A stretch of DNA of 49,699 bases from a bacterium (GTDB lineage Bacteria > Actinomycetota > Acidimicrobiia > Spongiisociales > ZC4RG35): the NCBI GenBank assembly GCA_024639335.1, contig JAHEIN010000004.1, positions 1 through 49,699 of the forward strand, given 5' to 3'. Of this stretch, positions 16,230 through 25,914 are shown piece after piece; position 1 is the stretch's first letter, and the number at the start of each line of letters is the position of its first letter. The position numbers and the translations under genes were made by a program. The notes under the pieces were generated by a model, which was not told the origin of the DNA, did no database searches, and saw nothing but the letters and a program-made list of their open reading frames with translations.

Positions 16230-16673
16230 ATGGACGAAACGCCGGTAGTTGCGGTCGAGATCCCCCAGGTGGGTGATGATCGGCACAAGAACTGGGCGAA
16301 GGTGGTCCACTCCGTCGACCCCGACAAATCATCGGGTTGGGCATTCATCGGCGACTTCATCGCCACCGGGGGCATCCAGGACGTGCCGGCAGGATCGGTG
16401 GTCCTCGTCTACGGCGAGCGAGGCTCTCGCTCCAATCCCCGGTCCGAAGCCAAGGTGTATGTCGTGAATCCCGATTCGACTCTCAGCGAACACGGGCAGG
16501 CGAAAGGGCGAGCCTGGGCTCGGACGCTACGCGATCCGGTCGAGGAATTGTTGAAAGATGACCTGCCAACGCATCGTGGTTGGCAGCCCGACCTTCTCGG
16601 CTTCACTGACCACGCCCTGGCCGAGGAACTCGTCAGGCGTGGGTGGACGGTCCAAGAACCGGAGGAATCATGA
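16230..16673 (+). CDS. Hypothetical protein
   Basis: Globular-looking 147 aa (KNWAKVVHSVDPDKSSGWAFIGDF); TACGCT -10 8 nt before ATG; ATGA overlap with qor. Confidence 0.7.
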   Translation: MDETPVVAVEIPQVGDDRHKNWAKVVHSVDPDKSSGWAFIGDFIATGGIQDVPAGSVVLVYGERGSRSNPRSEAKVYVVNPDSTLSEHGQAKGRAWARTLRDPVEELLKDDLPTHRGWQPDLLGFTDHALAEELVRRGWTVQEPEES

Positions 16674-17653
16674 ACAACGAACCAAATCACGGGATCTCCG
16701 TCAGGGCCACCGGCGGGCCGGAGGTCCTCGAATACGGCGAGCTCGCCCAGCCTGAGCTCGCGCCGTCGAAGGTCGTCATCGACGTCACCGCCGCCGGTGT
16801 CAATTTCATCGACACCTACCACCGTGGTGGCCTCTATCCGATGGAACTGCCATTCACACCCGGCCTCGAAGGCGCAGGGACCATCTCGAGCGTCGGCGTC
16901 GAGGTCGAGGGATTCTCGGTGGGCGATCGCGTCGCCTGGACCAGTTCCATCGGCAGCTATGCCCAACGGAAGGCAGCTGCGCCCGACAGCCTCGTCCATG
17001 TTCCCGAGGCCGTACCGCTGGACACGGCAGCAGCCGTGATGCTCCAGGGCCTGACCGCCCACTATCTCGCCACCGACACGTTCCCACTACATGGGGGACA
17101 CACCGTGCTCATCCATGCGGGGGCGGGCGGGGTGGGGCTGCTGCTGACCCAGATCGCCAAGTTGAAGGGGGCAGAGGTGTTCACGACCGTCGGCAGCGAC
17201 GACAAGGCTGAACTGTCGGAAGCGGCCGGAGCAGACCACGTCATCTTGTACGAAGATGTCGATTTCGCCGACGCCGTGACCGAGATCGCCGGGCATCGGC
17301 CGATCGACGTGGTCTATGACGGCGTCGGCAAGACGACGTTCGACCAGGGCATCTCCGTGCTGCGGCCCAGAGGCATGATGGTCACGTTCGGCAACGCGTC
17401 CGGCCCGGTCGACCCCGTCTCACCTCTCGACCTGATGACCAACGGCTCGATCTATCTCACCCGGCCGACCCTGTTCGACTATGTCTCCGGCCCCGAGGAG
17501 CTCCGATCGAGGGCCGCAGATCTCTTCGCCTGGATCGAATCGGGCGACGTCGACGTCCGGATCGGCGCCACTTACCCAGTCTCGGAGGCCACCGCCGCCC
17601 ACACCGCCCTCGAAACCCGCCAAACGACGGGCAAGGTGTTGCTGGTTCCGTAG
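16670..17653 (+). CDS. qor: NADPH:quinone oxidoreductase (MDR/zeta-crystallin family)
   Basis: GVNFIDTYHRGG, PGLEGAG, LQGLTAHYL, HAGAGGVG, VYDGVG, TTGKVLL. Confidence 0.9.
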   Translation: MNNEPNHGISVRATGGPEVLEYGELAQPELAPSKVVIDVTAAGVNFIDTYHRGGLYPMELPFTPGLEGAGTISSVGVEVEGFSVGDRVAWTSSIGSYAQRKAAAPDSLVHVPEAVPLDTAAAVMLQGLTAHYLATDTFPLHGGHTVLIHAGAGGVGLLLTQIAKLKGAEVFTTVGSDDKAELSEAAGADHVILYEDVDFADAVTEIAGHRPIDVVYDGVGKTTFDQGISVLRPRGMMVTFGNASGPVDPVSPLDLMTNGSIYLTRPTLFDYVSGPEELRSRAADLFAWIESGDVDVRIGATYPVSEATAAHTALETRQTTGKVLLVP

Positions 17654-17710
17654 GCCCTCGCTCGCTGCGCTCGCATCGGCCGTTGTCGGTTCTCAGTTCT
17701 CGGTTGTCCA
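17653..17710. repeat. REP-like intergenic element, copy 2
   Basis: ggccctcgctcgctgcgctcgcatcggccgttgtcggttctcagttctcggttgtc; shares its core with 6401-6452; lies between convergent genes. Confidence 0.4.
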
Positions 17711-17754
17711 TTCCCGAAAAACGTGTCCCCGCCTCTGGGAGAACACCCGCACGG

Positions 17755-18723
17755 TCAGCGGCGGAGGACGTCCAGGGTCCTCATGACGGCTCTCGTGTCG
17801 GCGAGAGGGTGGCGGGGGCTCTCGGTGAGGCCGGCGGCGAGACAGAGCTCGACCTCTGCCACCTCGAAGGCGTAGCCGGAACCCTCGTAGTCGACCTCCC
17901 AGGAGCCGAGGAGCTCACCCCTCTTCCAGTGCTCGACCCGTGAGCTGTGGTGAAAAGGTGAGGTGAGATGCAGCCGGCCGAGGGGGCCGGACACGGTCGC
18001 TGTGAGTGTCGTGTCGGAGACGAACGACGAGCCGAGCAATGACAACACGTCGTTGTCGTGCTTCATCGTGATGGCGTATTGGGCATCCACTCCGGTGTGG
18101 GTGCGGGTGTTCGTGGCGAGTATCTCGACGGGCGGGCCGGCGAGGAGCTGGGCGAACGTCACCGGGTAGATCCCGACATCGAGCAGCGAGCCGCCGGCCT
18201 GGGCGGGGTCGAACCAGCGGCGACCGGGATCATCGTTGGCGAGAATCCCGAAGTCGGCGAGGATCGTCCGGATCGGGCCGATCCTGCCATCGGCGATCAA
18301 CGATTCGAGCAGCATCCACGAGGGCTGGAAACGCATCCACATGCCCTCCATGAGGAACACGCCCGCCTCCTGCGCCGCCTCGATCATGCGGTCGGTGGTG
18401 GCGAGATCCGGTGTCAGCGGCTTCTCGCACAGGACCGGTATGCCCGCCTGGAGGCAGGCGAGGGCGTCCTGGAGGTGATTGGTGTGCGTCGAACCGACGT
18501 AGACGACGTCCGGGCGATCGGCGACGAGCGCATCGATCGGCCCGTGACGGGCCTCGAGACCGCGCCGATCGACGAACGCAGCGGCCCGTTCCTCTGCTCG
18601 TGACGCCACGTTGGCGACAGTCGAGCCGTGCTCGGCGATTGCGTCGGCGAAGGCCGATGCGATCCCGCCGGTTCCGATGATTCCCCATCGCAGATGCGGG
18701 GCCTGAGTCAGATGATCGTCCAT
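17755..18723 (-). CDS. Gfo/Idh/MocA oxidoreductase
   Basis: WGIIGTGGIA, VLCEKP, MEGMWMRF, GGSLLDVGIYP. Confidence 0.9.
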   Translation of the reverse strand: MDDHLTQAPHLRWGIIGTGGIASAFADAIAEHGSTVANVASRAEERAAAFVDRRGLEARHGPIDALVADRPDVVYVGSTHTNHLQDALACLQAGIPVLCEKPLTPDLATTDRMIEAAQEAGVFLMEGMWMRFQPSWMLLESLIADGRIGPIRTILADFGILANDDPGRRWFDPAQAGGSLLDVGIYPVTFAQLLAGPPVEILATNTRTHTGVDAQYAITMKHDNDVLSLLGSSFVSDTTLTATVSGPLGRLHLTSPFHHSSRVEHWKRGELLGSWEVDYEGSGYAFEVAEVELCLAAGLTESPRHPLADTRAVMRTLDVLRR

Positions 18724-18770
18724 TCCGTTTTCGACGGTACCGCCGTCGGCGCCGGTCGGGCTTCGATCGT

Positions 18771-19916
18771 TCAACCCATCTCCGCGAGTTTCTCCAGTGC
18801 CTCGTCGATGACCGGATCGTCCTTGCAGAAGGCGAAGCGCACGAGTCTCTTGCCCTCATCGGAAATCGAGTAGAAGGCCGAGGGTGGGATGGCGGCAACG
18901 CCGACCTCGGTGATGAGATGATGAACGAAGGAGACGTCGTCCTCGAATCCGAAAGGGCGGTGGTCGGCGAGCACGAAGTAGGTTCCCTGCGGCTCGTACA
19001 CCTCCAACCCGATGCGCCGCAGACCTTCGACGAGCCGGTCCCGCTTCGCCCGGTACAGGTCGGTGAGCTCGCCGTAGTAGCTGTCGTCGATCCGGAGTGC
19101 GGCGGCCGATCCGTACTGCATGGCGTTCGGGACGGTGAAGGTGAGGAATTGATGGGCAGCCCTGATCCCGGCGGTGAGCTCGGGGACTGCGATCGCCCAT
19201 CCGGTCTTCCATCCCGTGAACGAAAAGGACTTTCCGATCGAAGAGATCGTGATCGTGCGCTCGGCCATCCCGTCCAGCGTGGCGAGTCGGATGTGATCAC
19301 TGACGTAGACCATCCGCTCGTAGACCTCATCGGTGATGGCGACGAGATCGTGGCGGCGACACAGATCGGCGACCGCCTCGAGTTCGGCGCGGTCGAACAC
19401 CCGCCCTGTCGGATTGTGGGGCGTGTTGATCAGGATCGCCCTGGTCCGGCTGGACACCGCCGACTCGAGCGCTTCGGGGTCGAGCCGGAAGTCGGGTGCG
19501 TGCAACGTGACGAACCGCGGGACGGCGCCGGAGAGGGCGCAGCCCACGGGATAGGCGTCGTAATAGGGCTCGATGAGGATCACCTCGTCGCCGGGGTCGA
19601 ACGTTCCGATGAAGGTGGCCGCCAGCGCCTCTGTTGCGCCAGAAGTGACCGTCACCTCCCGGTCGGGGTCGACCGTGACCCCGGTGTCCGCCTGCCATCG
19701 ATCGGCGACCGCAGACCGGAGCTCGGCCGTCCCCATCGACGGCGGATACTGGTTCCAGCCGTTGCGGAGGCCGTCGATCGCCGCCTGTTTGACCGACTCG
19801 GGGCCCTCGAACGTGGGGTATCCCTGACCGAGATCGGTAGCGCCGTGTTCGCGGGACAGCGCGGAGATCTCGGTGAAGATCGTCGATCCGAACGGCTGGA
19901 GGCGTTGGCTGACCAT
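18771..19916 (-). CDS. PLP-dependent aminotransferase class I/II (YbdL/DapC-like)
   Basis: LGQGYP, GATEAL, NTPHNPTG, DEVYE, SIGKSFSFTGWKTGW, RFAFCK. Confidence 0.9.
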   Translation of the reverse strand: MVSQRLQPFGSTIFTEISALSREHGATDLGQGYPTFEGPESVKQAAIDGLRNGWNQYPPSMGTAELRSAVADRWQADTGVTVDPDREVTVTSGATEALAATFIGTFDPGDEVILIEPYYDAYPVGCALSGAVPRFVTLHAPDFRLDPEALESAVSSRTRAILINTPHNPTGRVFDRAELEAVADLCRRHDLVAITDEVYERMVYVSDHIRLATLDGMAERTITISSIGKSFSFTGWKTGWAIAVPELTAGIRAAHQFLTFTVPNAMQYGSAAALRIDDSYYGELTDLYRAKRDRLVEGLRRIGLEVYEPQGTYFVLADHRPFGFEDDVSFVHHLITEVGVAAIPPSAFYSISDEGKRLVRFAFCKDDPVIDEALEKLAEMG

Positions 19917-19950
19917 GGTTCGGCAGGCTACCGGCTCTCCGCCTCCCGCC

Positions 19951-20835
19951 TCAGACGGTGCCGGCGGCAGGCTTGGTCGTGGAGGCAAACACGACGCCGA
20001 GAGCGATGAGCACGATCCCGGCGAGCAGCGCCGATGTCAGCGGCTCACCGAGGACGGCGACTCCCAGGAGAGAGGCGACGGCCGGTTCGAGCAAGGTGAC
20101 GACGACCACCACGCCGAGCGACAGCCTCTGGAGACCGAGCCCCCAGAGGATGTACGCGACCGACAACGTGAAGACGCCGAGATACCCGACTGTCGCGATC
20201 GAGCCGGCCGAGGCGAATGCCTCACGTGCTGAGCCGATCGCAAGCGGGATGAGGAGGACCGTTCCCGCGCCGAAGACCACCCCGATCGCAACGTCCGGCT
20301 CGACTCGCCGCATCAATCGCTGCGCCGCCAGACCGTAGAAAGGAAAGGTGGTACCGGCGATGAGCGCCAGGCCGACACCGGCGAGATCGACATCGGGTGC
20401 ATCGAGCGTCAGCAGCGCAACCCCCGCGATTGCCGCCAGGGCACCTGCGGCCCATCGGAGCGACGGCGACCGTCGGGTGACCAAGAGATCCATCAAGCCT
20501 GCCACGATCGGGCCCGTTCCGATCGTCACCAGTGTGCCGAGGGCGACGCCGGTGCGCGACACCGCATCGAAGAAACTGAGCTGATAGCCCGCCACTGCGG
20601 TGCCCCCGAGCAGCACCCAGCGCCAATCCAGCGATCGGATTGGGATCGTGCGATGCCGGAGCCACATCCAGAGGGCCAAACCGAGACCACCGATCACCGC
20701 ACGCCACGCCCCCGCTGCGCGGGGTGACAGCGCCTCCGGGCCGAGTTCCGCCGCCGTGCCGGTGGTGGCAAAGAGCATGGCGGCGGCCGCCACCGCCAGT
20801 GTGGCTCGCCGGACGGAGGAACGGTCGGACTGCAT
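19951..20835 (-). CDS. DMT/EamA-family transporter
   Basis: About 10 TM, two EamA halves, TLLEPAVASLLGVAVLGE. Confidence 0.88.
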   Translation of the reverse strand: MQSDRSSVRRATLAVAAAAMLFATTGTAAELGPEALSPRAAGAWRAVIGGLGLALWMWLRHRTIPIRSLDWRWVLLGGTAVAGYQLSFFDAVSRTGVALGTLVTIGTGPIVAGLMDLLVTRRSPSLRWAAGALAAIAGVALLTLDAPDVDLAGVGLALIAGTTFPFYGLAAQRLMRRVEPDVAIGVVFGAGTVLLIPLAIGSAREAFASAGSIATVGYLGVFTLSVAYILWGLGLQRLSLGVVVVVTLLEPAVASLLGVAVLGEPLTSALLAGIVLIALGVVFASTTKPAAGTV

Positions 20836-20914
20836 GCCGGAAAGCTAACGCTCGGGGGTTGGTCGCGGTGCCGCGGCGGACACCTCGCTACGAGGAGGGG
20901 CGTTCTACCCGGTC

Positions 20915-22027
20915 CTATCCGCCTGAGACCGCCAATTCGGGGACGGGGCGGTTCCAGCGGCCATCGAGGTAGAGATGTGGGAGCTTGACGGGGCGGGGGC
21001 CATGGGTGTGGCCTCTCGCCATCCGTGATGCGCCATCGTGCGGCCGGGCGGTGCGGTCGAAGGTCCCCGTGATCGCAGAGAGCTCCTCGAGTGACTCGAC
21101 GGTGGACAACTTGCGCCGGATCTCCGGGCCGACCGGATATCCCTTCAGATACCAGGAGGTGTGCTTGCGGAAGCTGCGGATCCCCCGATACTCCTCGAAC
21201 CAGTCGACCAGCAGGGAGGCGTGGGTCTCCATCGTGTCGGCGACGTATCCGAGGTCGGGGACGGTCACGACCTCCTCGCCCGCGAACACCTTGGCGAGAT
21301 CGCCGAACAGCCAGGGTCGCCCGAGGCACCCGCGACCAACGATGACTCCGTCACAGCCGGTCTCTTCGACCATCCGGATGGCGTCGCTCGCCTCCCAGAT
21401 GTCGCCGTTTCCCAACACGGGGACGTCGAGAGCGTTCTTCAGCGTTGCGATCGCCCGCCAATCGGCGTGGCCGGAGTACAGCTCCTCGGCCGTGCGGGCA
21501 TGCAACCCGACAGCGGCTACACCCTCGTCTTGGGCGATCCTGCCGGTGTCGAGATAGGTGAGGTGCTCGTCGTCGATTCCCTTGCGGAACTTGACGGTGA
21601 TCGGGGCGGCGCCGGCGTTGGCGACGGCAGCGCGAACGATGTCACGGTACAGGTCACGGTTGAAGGGAAGCGCTGCTCCCCCGCCGTTGCGCGTCACCTT
21701 GGGAGCTGGGCAGCCGAAGTTCAGATCGACGTGGTCCGCTCGACCTTCGGTGACCAGGTGCTCGACGGCTCGCCCCACGTAGTGTGCGTCGGTCCCGTAG
21801 AGCTGGATCGAGCGTGGTGACTCGTCGGACGGGAACGTTGCAAGCAGCCGGGTCTTCTCGTCGCCCTCGACGAGTGAGCGCGCACCGATCATCTCGCAGA
21901 CGTAGATCCCCGCCCCGAACTGCCGGCACAGCCGCCGGAATGGCGCGTTCGTCACGCCTGCCATCGGAGCGAGCACGACGGGTGGATCCACGGTCAGGCG
22001 ACCGATCTGGAGTCGGGTCGGAGTCAT
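20915..22027 (-). CDS. dusB: tRNA-dihydrouridine synthase
   Basis: LAPMAGVT, DLNFGCP, KFRKG, HARTA, GNGDI, GRGCLGRPW, RKH. Confidence 0.92.
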   Translation of the reverse strand: MTPTRLQIGRLTVDPPVVLAPMAGVTNAPFRRLCRQFGAGIYVCEMIGARSLVEGDEKTRLLATFPSDESPRSIQLYGTDAHYVGRAVEHLVTEGRADHVDLNFGCPAPKVTRNGGGAALPFNRDLYRDIVRAAVANAGAAPITVKFRKGIDDEHLTYLDTGRIAQDEGVAAVGLHARTAEELYSGHADWRAIATLKNALDVPVLGNGDIWEASDAIRMVEETGCDGVIVGRGCLGRPWLFGDLAKVFAGEEVVTVPDLGYVADTMETHASLLVDWFEEYRGIRSFRKHTSWYLKGYPVGPEIRRKLSTVESLEELSAITGTFDRTARPHDGASRMARGHTHGPRPVKLPHLYLDGRWNRPVPELAVSGG

Positions 22028-22092
22028 CGGCAGAAAAGGGTAACCGGGAAGGGACGTGAGACCAGAGGCGAGTCGAGAGACTCACGTCGTCC

Positions 22093-23298
22093 TCATCTTC
22101 GGCGAGGTGCCACGGATGGGAACCTCACCGTGGTCGAGAGTCCTCCCCCGGGATTCGGGACGGCCTCCACCGTCGCACCATGCGCCTCTGCAATGGCTCC
22201 GACGACCGCCAGGCCGAGACCGACGCCTGATGCGCGGTCTTCCTCGATGCGCTCGAAGGGCCGGTACATTCGGCTCACATCGGCACCTGCGAGTTGCGGA
22301 CCGGTGTTCTCCACCATCAGAAGGGCCCCGGATACGTCGGAATCAACCGCCACGTTCACGCTTCCGCCCTCCTTGTTGTGCAGAATCCCATTGACGACGA
22401 GGTTCCGAATCAAGGACCGCAGGAGCGACGAATCACCTTGGACCTCGGCGTCGGCCAGCGAGAGATCGAGTTCGATGCCATTGGCGTCTGCGACCGGGAC
22501 TGCCCCTGCGACCACCTCTCCGACCATGCCACCGAGGTCGATGGTCTCGCTCACGAGGTTCCCGCTGCGTGACCTCGTGATGGACAACAGTTGGGAGATG
22601 AGTCGCTCACTGCGGTCGACTTCCTGCTGGACGGTCGTGGCGAGCGCCCGTTCAGCATCGGTCGCAGCCGGAGCGGCCAGGTGGTTGTCCGCCTCGACAC
22701 GCATCACGCTGAGCGGCGTCCTGAGCTCGTGCGACGCGTAGGCGGCGAAGCTGCTCTGATTTGCGTATCCCCGCTCGACACGATCGAGCATCTCGTCGAA
22801 GGTGTCGGCGAGCTCCTTGATCTCATCGGACGGGCCTTCGAGCGCAACCCGCTGCGTCAGGTTCGCCTCTGTGAAGGTCCTGGCCGTCTGCGTGATCTCG
22901 GCGACCGGATCCAGCGCACGCCGGGATATCAGCCACCCCACGATGCCGGCGACCACGGCCACGATCGCCAGGGCGATGAGCGATTGAAAGAGAATCGAGT
23001 TCAGGAGATCGGTGCGGAGCCGAGCTTCGAAGCTCTCTGCGGCCTCGCGCAGTGTCCGGCCGTCCTCGAGTACGAGATCTGCCAGAGGGCTCGGGATTGC
23101 ATCAGCACCTTGTCCGCCGGCGAAACCGGGGAGCTCGATTCCGAACTCGTCGGAGAACGCCCGCCTACCGCCCTCGGGCAGATTGCGGATCTCGGCGTCC
23201 ACCAGGAAGTAGTTGAGGCCCACGAGTGTGAGGCCGGCGACGAGGAACGTCGCTCCGAACAACACAGCCAGCCGGGTTCGGATCGATGCCGTCCGCAT
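22093..23298 (-). CDS. HAMP-domain sensor histidine kinase
   Basis: Two TM, DEIKELADTFDEML, ASHELRTPL, NLVVNG, GVGLGL. Confidence 0.92.
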   Translation of the reverse strand: MRTASIRTRLAVLFGATFLVAGLTLVGLNYFLVDAEIRNLPEGGRRAFSDEFGIELPGFAGGQGADAIPSPLADLVLEDGRTLREAAESFEARLRTDLLNSILFQSLIALAIVAVVAGIVGWLISRRALDPVAEITQTARTFTEANLTQRVALEGPSDEIKELADTFDEMLDRVERGYANQSSFAAYASHELRTPLSVMRVEADNHLAAPAATDAERALATTVQQEVDRSERLISQLLSITRSRSGNLVSETIDLGGMVGEVVAGAVPVADANGIELDLSLADAEVQGDSSLLRSLIRNLVVNGILHNKEGGSVNVAVDSDVSGALLMVENTGPQLAGADVSRMYRPFERIEEDRASGVGLGLAVVGAIAEAHGATVEAVPNPGGGLSTTVRFPSVAPRRR

Positions 23299-23954
23299 CA
23301 GATGAGCCGGTATCCGACGCCGGTGACGGTCTCGATGACCGGCGGATCACCCAGCTTGCGTCTGAGCGTCACCATCGTGATTCGGGGAGCGTTCGTGAAG
23401 GGATCCGCGTGCTCGTCCCAGACCCGCTCGAGGAGCTCCTCGGCGGACACGACTCTGGGATGTGCGGACAGCAGCACTTCGAGGACTCCGAACTCCTTCC
23501 TGGTGAGCCGGACTTCCTCGCCGGCCCGATCGACCCGGAATGCACTCGGATCGAGCTCGATGTCCCCGTGCCGCAAGACCGGCTGAACGGCGACTCCCGG
23601 TCTGCGCGCCAGTGCGCGCACGCGGGCCTCGAGCTCGGCCATGGCGAAGGGTTTGGAGAGATAGTCGTCCGCTCCGAGCCCGAGACCCTCGACCCGATCA
23701 TCCAACGACCCCGAGGCCGTGAGCATGAGAATCCTCGGCGAGTCCGAGCGCGTCACGAGTTTGCGAGCGACGTCATCTCCATGGACCACCGGGAGATCAC
23801 GATCCAGGATCACGACGTCGTAGCTCGTGACGTCCGTCTTGAGCAGTGCTTCGGCTCCGTCGAACGCCACATCGACTGCGAGTCCGGTCCGGCGCAGGCC
23901 GTCGGCGACTCCACCGGCGAGGGCGCGGTCGTCTTCGACAACGAGGATTCTCAT
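23298..23954 (-). CDS. OmpR-family response regulator
   Basis: MRILVVEDD, LDRDLP, GADDYLSKPF, IETVTGVGYRL. Confidence 0.92.
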   Translation of the reverse strand: MRILVVEDDRALAGGVADGLRRTGLAVDVAFDGAEALLKTDVTSYDVVILDRDLPVVHGDDVARKLVTRSDSPRILMLTASGSLDDRVEGLGLGADDYLSKPFAMAELEARVRALARRPGVAVQPVLRHGDIELDPSAFRVDRAGEEVRLTRKEFGVLEVLLSAHPRVVSAEELLERVWDEHADPFTNAPRITMVTLRRKLGDPPVIETVTGVGYRLI

Positions 23955-23989
23955 ACGGTCAGTGTGCCAGGAGCGCGCCATCTCGCAGT

Positions 23990-25204
23990 TCATTCCGACC
24001 TGAGCGCTTCGGTCGGAGACAGGCCCGCTGCTCGCATCGCCGGGTAGAGCCCTGCGACTGCTCCGATTGCGACGGCTGCGGCCAATCCGCCGGTCACGGC
24101 GATGGTCGGAATGATGATCGTCCATCCCTGGCTGGCGGCGTACCCGGCGGTGACGGCGGCGCCCAGAATGACGCCGGCGACACCTCCGAAGAAGCCCAGC
24201 AACAACGACTCGGTGAGGAATTGCAGCAGGATGTGGGTTCGGGTTGCTCCGATCGCTCGACGCAATCCGATCTCGCCGCGACGCTCGATCACTGCGATGA
24301 CCATGATGTTTGCGATCCCGATGCCGCCAACGAACAATGCCACCGCACCGAGCCCCAGGAAGAGACTCGAGAAGGCGTCTTCGGCGGCGGCCTGAGCGAC
24401 GAGCACGTCAGACGGCCGACTGACCTCGACTTCTTCGGGGTTCTCGGGGTCGACCGATCTCGGGATCAACTCCCTGGTCTCGTTGACGAGATCGGGATCG
24501 ACGCGCAGATAGACGGTGCCGGGAGCGAGGTCCTGGTTCAGGAAGTCCTCGGCGGCATCGACCCCGACGATCGCTGCGCGATCGAGGTCTGCCGCCAGCA
24601 CGAACGGTTCGAGGACACCGATCACCTCGACCCACTGCTCACCGAGCCACACGAAGACCCCGTCACCGACCTCTCCGATTCCAAGGCGTTCTGCGGCGAC
24701 AGAGCCCAGAACCACTGCCGGATACTCGCCGGCCGCTTCAGTGAGGAAGGAACCGCTCGCCACCGATCCGTTGAGCGTCTCCAACAGGTCTGACTCCGCA
24801 GCAACGACGCTGATACCGCCCGTTTGTCCAGAGGGGATGAAGTCGGTGCGAAGGACGTCGACGTTCACCGATGAGACCGCCGACACCTGCTGGACCGTTC
24901 CGATCCGTCCGATCATCGAAGATGCCGTCTCGGGAAGCTCGGCGTTGCCGATCCCGAATCCGGTTCCCGCTTGCACCGTCAGGAGGTTGGTGCCGAGAGC
25001 ATCGAGCTCCGCCAAGAGATCCGACTTCGAGGACTCACTGAGACCGAGGACTCCCACGAGTGCAGCGATACCGATCGCGATGCCGAGTGCCGAGAGGATC
25101 GTTCGGCCGCGACGGGTCCCGAGACCCGACGAGCCCACCCGCATCACGTCACGGAACCGAAACCGACTCGGCTCGACCACTTCGGCCGTGCGAACGAGGG
25201 TCAT
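23990..25204 (-). CDS. MacB/FtsX-family ABC transporter permease
   Basis: LSALGIAIG, GGIGIANIM, ERRGEIGLRRAIGA, GLYPAMRAAGLSPTEALR. Confidence 0.92.
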   Translation of the reverse strand: MTLVRTAEVVEPSRFRFRDVMRVGSSGLGTRRGRTILSALGIAIGIAALVGVLGLSESSKSDLLAELDALGTNLLTVQAGTGFGIGNAELPETASSMIGRIGTVQQVSAVSSVNVDVLRTDFIPSGQTGGISVVAAESDLLETLNGSVASGSFLTEAAGEYPAVVLGSVAAERLGIGEVGDGVFVWLGEQWVEVIGVLEPFVLAADLDRAAIVGVDAAEDFLNQDLAPGTVYLRVDPDLVNETRELIPRSVDPENPEEVEVSRPSDVLVAQAAAEDAFSSLFLGLGAVALFVGGIGIANIMVIAVIERRGEIGLRRAIGATRTHILLQFLTESLLLGFFGGVAGVILGAAVTAGYAASQGWTIIIPTIAVTGGLAAAVAIGAVAGLYPAMRAAGLSPTEALRSE

Positions 25205-25914
25205 GAGAGGCTCAGCACACCGTTGTCGTGCTCGATTCGGCCATCCAGCACTCTCACCTGCCGAGGTAGCGATCCGGCGATGCGATCGTCATGCGTGATC
25301 ACAAGCAGGGTGCTCCCCTCGTCGTGCAGGCCTCTGAGCAGATCCATGACGGCGGCGCTCGACTTCGAGTCGAGGTTCCCGGTCGGCTCGTCGGCCAGGA
25401 TGAAGGCCGGCGAGTGGACGAGGGCACGCGCGATCGCCACACGCTGGCGTTCGCCACCGGACATCATGGAGGGAACATGTGTCAGTCGATGGTCCAGTCC
25501 GACCCTGCGGAGCGCTTCGACCGCCATCTCACGTCGGATCGTCGGATCGATTCCGGAATACAGGAGACCGTTGGCGACGTTCTCGATGGCCGTCGTTCCT
25601 GCGAGTAGGAAGAATCGTTGGAACACGAAGCCGATCTTCCGGCCTCGCAACGCAGACAGCTGCTTGTCGTCCAGTTCGGCGGTGTCGACGCCATCGATGA
25701 GGACAGAGCCATCGGTTGGTCGGTCGAGGGTGCCCATGATGTGGAGCATCGTCGACTTGCCGCTCCCGGATGGACCGACGACCGCAGCCATCTCCCCCGG
25801 GTGCACGACCATCGAGACACCGTCGAGGGCACGCACGGGCGGAGTCCCCGGATACGCCTTGACCACGTTCCGAAGTTCGAGCGCAACGGGGGAACCGGAG
25901 CGATCACGGCTCAT
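25201..25914 (-). CDS. ABC transporter ATP-binding protein (MacB/LolD type)
   Basis: GPSGSGKST, MSGGERQR, ILADEPTGNLD, ITHD. Confidence 0.95.
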   Translation of the reverse strand: MSRDRSGSPVALELRNVVKAYPGTPPVRALDGVSMVVHPGEMAAVVGPSGSGKSTMLHIMGTLDRPTDGSVLIDGVDTAELDDKQLSALRGRKIGFVFQRFFLLAGTTAIENVANGLLYSGIDPTIRREMAVEALRRVGLDHRLTHVPSMMSGGERQRVAIARALVHSPAFILADEPTGNLDSKSSAAVMDLLRGLHDEGSTLLVITHDDRIAGSLPRQVRVLDGRIEHDNGVLSLS

